Of a stretch of DNA of 64,000 bases, positions 1-6,643 are shown piece after piece; position 1 is the first letter of the stretch, and every line of letters starts with the position of its first letter. Made by a program: the position numbers and the translations under genes. The DNA is from a virus (lineage: Duplodnaviria > Caudoviricetes). The stretch is from positions 10,719-74,718 of the IMG/VR virus record IMGVR_UViG_3300017912_004409. One strand, written 5' to 3'. The notes under the pieces were generated by a model. That model was not told the DNA's origin and did not search any database. It worked only from the letters and a program-made list of their open reading frames with translations.

Positions 1-1
1 C

Positions 2-226
2 AATGATGATGATTACGATGATTGGGAATATGGCACTGAACCTCTTCCAGGGGAACCTTGGCTTAAAGGTGATGTCATGACAACAACTACCTTGCCAGAT
101 GGACAAATACGTGTTTGTTTAGCTAACTATGGAGAAATTGCTTGTTGTTATGTAAGCAGCATGCATTTAGTAGAAGATAAGATTCCACAGTTACGTCAAG
201 CAATTCAACGTAAACTAAAGAAATGA
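2..226 (+). CDS. hypothetical protein, 5'-partial (runs off window start)
   Basis: Open frame read by hand from position 2 (NDDDYDDWEYGTEPLPG...RKLKK) to TGA at 224-226; not in the ORF track. Confidence 0.65.
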   Translation, partial: NDDDYDDWEYGTEPLPGEPWLKGDVMTTTTLPDGQIRVCLANYGEIACCYVSSMHLVEDKIPQLRQAIQRKLKK

Positions 227-299
227 TGGGGGCTGCGAGGATCGAACTCGCCTTAGCCGAATTATGAGTGCGGAGCATTCACCAGATTGCTAAACCCCC
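227..299 (-). tRNA. tRNA with CAT anticodon (Ile2/lysidine type or elongator Met)
   Basis: Reverse complement GGGGGTT-TA-GCAATCTGGTGAATGC-T-CCGCA-CTCATAA-TTCGG-CTAAG-GCGAG-TTCGATC-CTCGC-AGCCCCC-A folds as a cloverleaf. G1-C72 pair (not initiator), one C.U mismatch in the anticodon stem, CCA not encoded. Confidence 0.85.
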
Positions 300-516
300 T
301 GGTATCTTCAGACGATACCACGCCTCCATGCTTCGTACCAGGCTCCTGCACAAAAGCACACAGAAAACCAGGAATTATAATCTTCCAAAAGATTTAAATC
401 AAACCATTCCATGAGTAAGTAGAAATGCTTACTCTTTTATTTTGGCGGCATAAATTTAAAGCGATGTGATATAAATTACATTGTTTTTACATCCGCACAA
501 TTATCAATTGTTTGAT

Positions 517-544
517 CGTCCTGAGCATGACGTTAAACTGCTTA
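517..544 (+). promoter_or_regulatory. pseudoknot-type leader element, copy A
   Basis: CGTC-CTGAGCAT-GACG-TTAAAC-TGCTTA. Stem 1 CGTC/GACG; loop TGAGCA can pair with downstream TGCTTA; 20 nt before ATG 565. Confidence 0.6.
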
Positions 545-564
545 CACCCAATCGCTATTTCATT

Positions 565-891
565 ATGACTCATTTCAGTAGCAAAATTGAATACAAGGTC
601 TTAGTCCATGGAGAATGGCAGTATCGATCTGTCTTCTTTGTTACATCCAACCAACTTTACAATTGGTTGTCTGATGATTGGGTTAAGATGGCAAATTCAA
701 AACCTGCTTTGATAATCTCTGTTGCCACCAACAACCCAATTGATTATCCTGACATCGATCCTCAAGATGTCATAGGATACGAGGACCCAACAGGGGACTT
801 GTATTTCTTTGTTGACATCAAACAGGAACATGTTAATTACAAACCTATGAACAAATCCCAATGCGAGACGACATTGAAAACTTCCGTGTAA
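565..891 (+). CDS. hypothetical protein
   Basis: Track ORF 481..891. ATG 565 preferred because the TTG extension runs through the leader element. Confidence 0.65.
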   Translation: MTHFSSKIEYKVLVHGEWQYRSVFFVTSNQLYNWLSDDWVKMANSKPALIISVATNNPIDYPDIDPQDVIGYEDPTGDLYFFVDIKQEHVNYKPMNKSQCETTLKTSV

Positions 892-1028
892 CAAAACTTC
901 CAAGATCAGGTCCCAAGCCTGGACAATCCACTGAGTCTTGGTTAAGACATAGGAAGCATAGCGACGATCAATTCGATGCTATGATTCGTTCCAAACGCAA
1001 ATCAACTATTCAGGATTCAAAACCATGA
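861..1028 (+). CDS. small hypothetical protein (55 aa, MRDDIENFRVTKLPRSGPKPGQSTESW...)
   Basis: Hand-translated ATG 861 to TGA 1028; stop overlaps next ATG (ATGA); below the track length cutoff. Confidence 0.6.
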   Translation: MRDDIENFRVTKLPRSGPKPGQSTESWLRHRKHSDDQFDAMIRSKRKSTIQDSKP

Positions 1029-1222
1029 ACAATTTTCGTTTCCATCGTGAGTTTTTAGGATTTCAAGTTGCCAAAGGTGGCGTAAAATCTTGGTCCAAAA
1101 CTTTTACTTTGCCTTTTGTTCCAGTAAGAATTACTGCGAACATTGATGGCAAAGGCGGTAATGCTACAGTATCCACCCCTTTAATCAAAGGGGCATCTAT
1201 TCGTAACATCAAGTTTTTCTAA
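1025..1222 (+). CDS. small hypothetical protein (weak DUF4236-like look)
   Basis: Track ORF coupled to the upstream stop; Gly/Lys/beta-rich. Confidence 0.6.
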   Translation: MNNFRFHREFLGFQVAKGGVKSWSKTFTLPFVPVRITANIDGKGGNATVSTPLIKGASIRNIKFF

Positions 1223-1224
1223 TC

Positions 1225-1452
1225 ATGGCTTACGAATTAACGATGTCTCTTGAGTTTGATAGTGCAGAAGAATGCTGGGATGCTGCTACAACACAATGGA
1301 AAAAAGCTGAGCGATATATGTCTGCTCATTTGAATGCTGCCAGTGGTGAATATCACTATTACATGAGTGAATATTCACGTTTGATGGCACAGTATCACAA
1401 CCTTAAACATAAAGAATTTAACTCTCAACTTGTTATTCCTTTTCCTAACTAA
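1225..1452 (+). CDS. hypothetical protein
   Basis: Track ORF, tightly packed in operon. Confidence 0.65.
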   Translation: MAYELTMSLEFDSAEECWDAATTQWKKAERYMSAHLNAASGEYHYYMSEYSRLMAQYHNLKHKEFNSQLVIPFPN

Positions 1453-1457
1453 TTCTT

Positions 1458-1733
1458 ATGTCACACTCTATCAACAAAATTATTGATGTCTTTATTGATG
1501 ACAATCAATGTTTCGTTACTGCAGATGTTGAAGACATGGTGCAAGTCACTCCTGGTGATGGCTGGAGTCATCCTCCTCAACCTCCTGAGTATGGTCCTGC
1601 AACTTGCATGGGAAGATTTTGTATTGATGATTATGTGTTACCTTCCGATTTATATGGCCCAGCAATGGAACTCTTATGCGAAAGCATAGACATGGATTGG
1701 GAGGTGGCATCTTCTGCCATCATTGATGATTAA
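1458..1733 (+). CDS. hypothetical acidic protein
   Basis: Track ORF, tightly packed in operon. Confidence 0.65.
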   Translation: MSHSINKIIDVFIDDNQCFVTADVEDMVQVTPGDGWSHPPQPPEYGPATCMGRFCIDDYVLPSDLYGPAMELLCESIDMDWEVASSAIIDD

Positions 1734-1747
1734 TCTTTAACTTATAT

Positions 1748-1779
1748 CACTGGGCATCTTTACAGTGTAAGTCCCAGTG
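1748..1779 (+). promoter_or_regulatory. 28-nt hairpin leader element, copy 1
   Basis: CACTGGG-CATCTTTACAGTGTAAGT-CCCAGTG with a 7-bp perfect stem; core 24/28 identical to 8566..8593; 28 nt before ATG 1808. Confidence 0.55.
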
Positions 1780-1807
1780 TTCTCTTTCCTCTACTATACT
1801 ATTCCAA

Positions 1808-3535
1808 ATGCAATTCCAACTTCCACAAAACCTTCAACAAGCGCTGCTCGATTACGATCCACAGCTTAAGAAGCTTGCGCAACAAGAGCAGACGAAAAAG
1901 AAGCCTAAGAAGAATACAAATCCTTTAGGTGTATTTGATCTTAACATTCCTCATGACATTATTTCACCCGAGGAACTTCAAAATGTCATGAAAGATCTGA
2001 ATGCAAAACCTGCACCAGAAAGAACGTTTTATAAGAATCAACCGGAGCCTGGGTCATGCTATTCATGTCTGGCTATTCTAAATGTCTCTGGTATTTGGTA
2101 TGCCGCTTGGACAGCTCCAAAAGGTGCTAACTATTTCTATGGTTATTCGTTTGCATTCAATGCCAATGAATCAACCTACAAGAAACTTGAAGGATATCTT
2201 AGAACTTATGCAGATCAAAACGAGCCAAACGTTAAGTGTGGTCGTAAATTATTTTATGTGCATTCTCATTGTGTAACTGCGCAAGATATTGTTAACAACA
2301 AACACTCTTGTCGCCGTCTTATTCATGAACCTATGTTAACTTATCGAGACAGTAATAGAGGTTACAAAAATGTTTTCGGCCAGATCAAGCGAGATATTAT
2401 TCAATGTTTGAAAGAAAAGAATTTATATTGGGAAGATGAACTTAATTGGCATGCCAAGATTGTTGCTATATCTAAAACTCCTGTGCAATTTATTCTGGAA
2501 TACCAAGGTCATGACTATAAATTCTTCCAGGGCATAATGCAACAAGCCAACGATATATGTTATGACGTTCCAGATAAAGTTGATATTGATGTTTTATCAT
2601 TCTTACTTAAACACAGATATAAGCATGAGACTTATAACCCTTCTTTTATTCTGGATAAACCTTTCATGAAGCAGTGGTTATCTCAGGCTGCAAATGATAT
2701 CAATAACAATATACATTCCGCAAAATTGAGGAGTAATGTTTTTGTTTCTTATGAGAGACTAAAACGTTTTATACAGTCTTACTGTGTTTTAGAAAGGATT
2801 TGGCCCAACTCTCCTATTGACTTTTATCAGAACAACAAAGAATTACTTTATAGTTTAGACACTTCTTTTCTGCATACTTATAGGTCTGATACTTATGTAA
2901 AAGTTTTTGAATGGCTTAGTGATAACATGTCAATCAAAACTTTTATTAACTTGCTTAGCAAAGAATATGATCTTCATTATGCACGAGCATTACGAAGCGA
3001 CAATACCTTGCGTCCTTATTACAAGTGTGTAAAGATGGATCACTTTGAATTTGTTCCTGAATCAATTAAAGATGCAATGTACATGACAAAAGATATTCTT
3101 AATAAAGATATGAAAATCGATCCACCTAAACGTTGGCGTGATTGGCATGATCATGTAATGTCAATCAGCTGGAAACTAAATCATCCTTGTATTTCATTGC
3201 CTCAGGATTTATTTCCTGAGCCAATCAAACAAGATGGTTATTGTTTCTTCCAGCCTATTGATACTCATCAGCTCGCTAACTGGGGTCGTGCTGTTCGTAA
3301 CTGTGTTGGTAATAGTAATTACTCAGATGCAATTAGAAAGAAGAAATGCTTTATTGTTCTTGCAATGCAAGATAACAAACCTAAATTTACTGTTCAGCTC
3401 AAGGTTGAACGCGGTCTCATGATTGTAGATCAGATTGTTGGTCTTAGTAATTCCAGGTTGTCCGTTGAAGAAAAAGAAATTTATACAAAGACCTTTGCTT
3501 CTGCCCTACAGAAGCGGTCTGAGCAGCTAAACTAA
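1808..3535 (+). CDS. PcfJ-like domain protein
   Basis: C-terminal LANWGRAVRNCVGNSNYSDAIRKKKCFIV...IVDQIVGLSNS matches the PcfJ-like pattern (HCVxxY-type, GxxN). Confidence 0.7.
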   Translation: MQFQLPQNLQQALLDYDPQLKKLAQQEQTKKKPKKNTNPLGVFDLNIPHDIISPEELQNVMKDLNAKPAPERTFYKNQPEPGSCYSCLAILNVSGIWYAAWTAPKGANYFYGYSFAFNANESTYKKLEGYLRTYADQNEPNVKCGRKLFYVHSHCVTAQDIVNNKHSCRRLIHEPMLTYRDSNRGYKNVFGQIKRDIIQCLKEKNLYWEDELNWHAKIVAISKTPVQFILEYQGHDYKFFQGIMQQANDICYDVPDKVDIDVLSFLLKHRYKHETYNPSFILDKPFMKQWLSQAANDINNNIHSAKLRSNVFVSYERLKRFIQSYCVLERIWPNSPIDFYQNNKELLYSLDTSFLHTYRSDTYVKVFEWLSDNMSIKTFINLLSKEYDLHYARALRSDNTLRPYYKCVKMDHFEFVPESIKDAMYMTKDILNKDMKIDPPKRWRDWHDHVMSISWKLNHPCISLPQDLFPEPIKQDGYCFFQPIDTHQLANWGRAVRNCVGNSNYSDAIRKKKCFIVLAMQDNKPKFTVQLKVERGLMIVDQIVGLSNSRLSVEEKEIYTKTFASALQKRSEQLN

Positions 3536-3550
3536 GCCTGCACGTCACCC

Positions 3551-3570
3551 ACCAGGTTCTACCTGGTTTT
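3551..3570 (+). terminator. possible intrinsic terminator / processing hairpin
   Basis: ACCAGG-TTCTA-CCTGGT followed by TTT, between the 3535 stop and tRNA-Leu. Confidence 0.4.
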
Positions 3571-3573
3571 CCT

Positions 3574-3649
3574 CGGCCTGTAGTCCAACGGTAGAGACAG
3601 AGGACTTAAAATCCTTCCAGTGTGAGTTCGAATCTCACCAGGCCGACCA
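3574..3649 (+). tRNA. trnL-UAA: tRNA-Leu(TAA), short variable region, CCA encoded
   Basis: CGGCCTG/CAGGCCG acceptor, A73, CCA; anticodon arm GAGGA-CTTAAAA-TCCTT; T arm GTGAG-TTCGAAT-CTCAC; 76 nt. Confidence 0.9.
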
Positions 3650-3679
3650 ACCACTTTGTTCCCTTTCTATTTCTCAATT

Positions 3680-4060
3680 ATGTCTGTTTTCGATTGCTTC
3701 AAGTCAATTATTCCTCAGCCCCATGGTTACATGGATGACACTGGTCTTTACAATGTTGGTCTGACTTGGATTGACCAAGATGGTTTGACTGATGTCCATA
3801 ATGTTCAGTTGCGTTATGTTCGTAACTCAGAACGTTTGGCAGTTCAATATGGTAAGCCCCAGCCTGATGGTAGCTGGGCTTATACAGAAGCTAACGGAGT
3901 AATTCACACCATGTCTGCCGAGCGTGTCAAAGCATTTATGGAAAAAACTCAAGAACAAGCCACTCTAATGTGTAGTATGCTTGATCGACTTAATGAATCT
4001 GGTCTTGTTGGTGCCATGGTTGATGCAACTGTGGCAGCTGAAGTTCCTGCTGTTTCTTAA
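3680..4060 (+). CDS. hypothetical protein
   Basis: Track ORF 3656..4060; ATG 3680 preferred. Confidence 0.75.
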   Translation: MSVFDCFKSIIPQPHGYMDDTGLYNVGLTWIDQDGLTDVHNVQLRYVRNSERLAVQYGKPQPDGSWAYTEANGVIHTMSAERVKAFMEKTQEQATLMCSMLDRLNESGLVGAMVDATVAAEVPAVS

Positions 4061-4064
4061 TCCA

Positions 4065-4235
4065 ATGGCACGTTTATTTGAAGGTGAAGTAGTGCTTCTT
4101 ATGAGAAGAGCTTGGTCACTGGGATTATTGTCAAGAAAAAATATGGCAACTTTATTTGGTTGTTCTGAAGATACAATATATCGATATTGTCTAGGTGTCA
4201 AAAGGAAACATAAATACCATAAATACCAAGATTAA
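4065..4235 (+). CDS. small helix-turn-helix protein
   Basis: SRKNMATLFGCSEDTIYRY is an HTH pattern; ATG 4065 within track ORF 3981..4235. Confidence 0.6.
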   Translation: MARLFEGEVVLLMRRAWSLGLLSRKNMATLFGCSEDTIYRYCLGVKRKHKYHKYQD

Positions 4236-4243
4236 ATTACAAG

Positions 4244-4275
4244 GCCAGGGTGTTATCAATTCACCCTGGCTTTTT
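4244..4275 (+). terminator. intrinsic terminator
   Basis: GCCAGGGTG-9 nt loop-CACCCTGGC followed by TTTTT, right after a stop codon. Confidence 0.8.
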
Positions 4276-4316
4276 ATTATTTATTAGTTATAATAATTAT
4301 TAACTAACCAATTCAA

Positions 4317-4544
4317 ATGGACCCTTTAGAAATCGAGCGTAAAATCGCAGATGATAAATGGCCTTTGTTTAAAAAGCGTGCAGTTGAACAAATAACAGAT
4401 CAACTGCCACAACAGTTGTTAATGACTATTGTTGATATTACTTTAAATAATTATTATGATGATTTTCCACATGAACTAGTACCGGATTATTTGGACTACT
4501 GTGGTGAGCCCGCAGTTTTAAGAGAACTAAAAGACTGCCAATAG
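4317..4544 (+). CDS. hypothetical protein
   Basis: Track ORF. Confidence 0.65.
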   Translation: MDPLEIERKIADDKWPLFKKRAVEQITDQLPQQLLMTIVDITLNNYYDDFPHELVPDYLDYCGEPAVLRELKDCQ

Positions 4545-4609
4545 TTACTTGCAAAGGGTTGAAAGCCATAAACCATAGGCTATACTACCTACGTAATTCA
4601 ACTTTTATT

Positions 4610-5071
4610 ATGGAAGAACAAACTGTCACTTACAAGGACAAGAAAACAGGCCGAGCTAAAACCTATCACATTGAACGCTTGCCGTGTCCTAAATGCAAAT
4701 GCCTTGATACTAAAGTTTGGGCTTGTGCAATTAGCAGTAAGAAAAAGGTTTTGATTAAATTTTATAATTGCAGAAAATGTGGATATGAATATACAACCAA
4801 AGAGCACGAATACCTTCCAAAGGGACCCGATGAAAATTTAAAAGGTTCAATGAATATCAGTGCTAAATTAAACGAAGAAAAGGTGCGAGAGATACGTTTA
4901 ACTTATCAACACTTTAGTGAAATCTTAAGTGCTAAACAAACCAGAACTAGTCCTACAGAAAAGGATGGTGCTTTATATCAAACAATTAAAGAATTAAAAC
5001 TTGAGCACCTTAGCAAAGATACTATCAAGCGTGTTATTAAATATAAAACATGGAAACATGTGACAGTTTAA
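4610..5071 (+). CDS. Zn-ribbon plus HTH DNA-binding protein
   Basis: CPKC...CRKC ribbon (NrdR N-terminus-like), then SAKLNEEKVREIR...TIKRVIKYKTWKHV, the HTH tail typical of HNH endonucleases; ATG 4610. Confidence 0.6.
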   Translation: MEEQTVTYKDKKTGRAKTYHIERLPCPKCKCLDTKVWACAISSKKKVLIKFYNCRKCGYEYTTKEHEYLPKGPDENLKGSMNISAKLNEEKVREIRLTYQHFSEILSAKQTRTSPTEKDGALYQTIKELKLEHLSKDTIKRVIKYKTWKHVTV

Positions 5072-5302
5072 ATGAAACTAGAACATTTTTACATTAAAGA
5101 TTCTTTGTGGATTGAACGTCAGCAAGATAAAGATGGGGCCATTTCATTTATTGCATGGAGGCCCCATCAATCCAGGGTTTTTACTGATGAGAAAGCACTT
5201 CTTAAATTCTGTAAATGGCCAATCAAAACTCCTACTGGAGACAAAATACGTGAATGGCTAAATGAATTCAAGAAGCCAGTTCATTTACCTGATAGCAAAT
5301 GA
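5072..5302 (+). CDS. hypothetical protein
   Basis: Track ORF directly after the preceding stop. Confidence 0.65.
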   Translation: MKLEHFYIKDSLWIERQQDKDGAISFIAWRPHQSRVFTDEKALLKFCKWPIKTPTGDKIREWLNEFKKPVHLPDSK

Positions 5303-5433
5303 TTAAAATCATGTGCTGTTTCTTTTTCTCTGCGTTCTTGCTGTTGTTTTTGTTTCATCAGATAAGCAATGAGAACAGAATCCATTCGGTTTACACCCCC
5401 GTCGTAAGGAACTCCCCTGTATACAAGATTCAT
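5281..5433 (-). CDS. DUF4278-like small protein (50 aa)
   Basis: Hand-translated MNLVYRGVPYDGGVNRMDSVLIAYLMKQKQQQERREKETAHDFNHLLSGK; the N-terminal LxYRGVxY is the DUF4278 signature; not in track. Confidence 0.6.
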   Translation of the reverse strand: MNLVYRGVPYDGGVNRMDSVLIAYLMKQKQQQERREKETAHDFNHLLSGK

Positions 5434-5438
5434 TTTTT

Positions 5439-5452
5439 GTATCAAATACTAC
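5439..5452. promoter_or_regulatory. possible NtcA box
   Basis: GTA-TCAAATAC-TAC = GTA-N8-TAC, 5 nt upstream of the DUF4278-like start; the motif is short and common in AT-rich DNA. Confidence 0.3.
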
Positions 5453-5501
5453 GGAAATATACTACACAATAGTATTTTATTTTGTAGTTCATATTGATAC
5501 A

Positions 5502-5531
5502 AACGACCTGGGATGTCGTTAAACTCATCCA
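5502..5531 (+). promoter_or_regulatory. pseudoknot-type leader element, copy B
   Basis: AACGAC-CTGGGAT-GTCGTT-AAACTCATCCA; 6-bp stem 1; loop TGGG pairs with TCCA; 21 nt before ATG 5553. Confidence 0.6.
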
Positions 5532-5552
5532 TTTCCAACTGCAACTCGACTT

Positions 5553-6320
5553 ATGTCTTCCCTTCTCAAGTTCAGCAAAGGCAACGCTAAACTCAGCAAG
5601 CGATTGATTTTCAATCTGCCATCTGGTTTCACTTGTCCTTTTGCAAAGTCTTGTCGAACATTTTCTGATCCTAAAACAGGAAAGATTACTGATGCCCAAA
5701 GGGGTGATGATCAAAATATCTTTCGTTGTTTTTCAGCTAGCTCTGAAGCTCGTTCGCCTTCTGCAAGAGCTTTACGTTGGCACAACTACGATTTATTGCG
5801 TAAAGAGAATGTGTACTCCATGCGGGATCTAATTGTTCAATCAATTCTCGCTGCTGGCAAAATGTTTAGTTCAGAAGGACTGTGTCGCATCCATGAGTCT
5901 GGTGATTTCTTTAGTCAGGATTACATGCATGCTTGGTTCTTAGTTGCAACTCAGTTCCCCAATATGAAATTCTATGCTTATACCAAAAGTTTGGATTATT
6001 GGTTTAATATGTATTGTCATATTCCTAGTAATTTATATTTAACTGCATCCCGTGGAGGTGCCTTAGATTATATGATTGATAAGTTTCCAGATATCTTTTA
6101 TCGTTATTCTCAAGTTGTTTATACTCAGCAAGAAGCAGATAGTCTAGGTTTAGAAGTTGATCATGATGATAGTCATTGCTTTGTTAATAAACCATTCGCT
6201 TTACTTGTTCATGGCACTCAACCAGCTGGTTCAATAGCTTCTCAACATCTTGCTCGTCGTAAAAAACAAGGAGATTGGACAGGATATAAAAATAAAAGTT
6301 CTAAACTTGTTGCAAAATAA
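5553..6320 (+). CDS. GP88-family protein
   Basis: NLPSGFTCPFAKSC...CFSAS...RIHESGDFFSQDY...FYAYTKS pattern of the phage gene product 88 family. Confidence 0.7.
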   Translation: MSSLLKFSKGNAKLSKRLIFNLPSGFTCPFAKSCRTFSDPKTGKITDAQRGDDQNIFRCFSASSEARSPSARALRWHNYDLLRKENVYSMRDLIVQSILAAGKMFSSEGLCRIHESGDFFSQDYMHAWFLVATQFPNMKFYAYTKSLDYWFNMYCHIPSNLYLTASRGGALDYMIDKFPDIFYRYSQVVYTQQEADSLGLEVDHDDSHCFVNKPFALLVHGTQPAGSIASQHLARRKKQGDWTGYKNKSSKLVAK

Positions 6321-6346
6321 ATAAAATTAGTTACTATCTAAAGTGA

Positions 6347-6382
6347 TTGGCTCCCCCCGAACCCCCCTGGGGGGAGTACCAA
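6347..6382 (+). other. GC homopolymer hairpin
   Basis: TTGG-CTCCCCCC-GAACCCCCCT-GGGGGGAG-TA-CCAA in an AT-rich intergenic region. Confidence 0.5.
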
Positions 6383-6409
6383 GAGAAAACCATTAGTGTT
6401 ATCAACAAC

Positions 6410-6643
6410 ATGTCATATGTAATCACCTGCATTATTGATGGTGTTCCCCATGGTGTTAAAGCCAATCAATCTTTAAAGAAGTTTGAACTTATGCCAATTC
6501 ATTCTGATACTGATGTTTCTAAAATTGTTTCACATCCACATAGAAATGGAATTAATGATCTATTAGACTGGATCAAACAAAATGATGCTGAGTTGGCCAA
6601 ACATGGCCTTAAGGTTAAAGATGAGCAACTCTACAGAAAATAG
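6410..6643 (+). CDS. hypothetical protein
   Basis: Track ORF 6347..6643; ATG 6410 preferred because the upstream part is the hairpin. Confidence 0.6.
   Translation: MSYVITCIIDGVPHGVKANQSLKKFELMPIHSDTDVSKIVSHPHRNGINDLLDWIKQNDAELAKHGLKVKDEQLYRK

Noticed and set aside
227-299. CAT tRNA as an attP or prophage boundary
   Set aside because: The tRNA is complete, no duplicated 3' fragment is seen, and the only integrase-like gene lacks catalytic residues
900-945. Foldable CCAAGA...TCTTGG structure
   Set aside because: Lies inside the hand-found ORF 861..1028; no ribozyme core (CTGANGA/GAAA) present
1581-1600. CCTGAGTATG resembling the pseudoknot loop
   Set aside because: Inside a CDS; stem 1 does not pair and there is no TAAAC linker
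3650-3680. HDV-like theta ribozymes after the tRNAs
   Set aside because: No nested double-pseudoknot pattern visible downstream of any of the three tRNAs
5434-5520. Glutamine (Downstream-peptide/glnA) riboswitch upstream of the DUF4278-like gene
   Set aside because: I could not find the conserved CGTT...GGAAG/ACG-type core; the region is AT-rich
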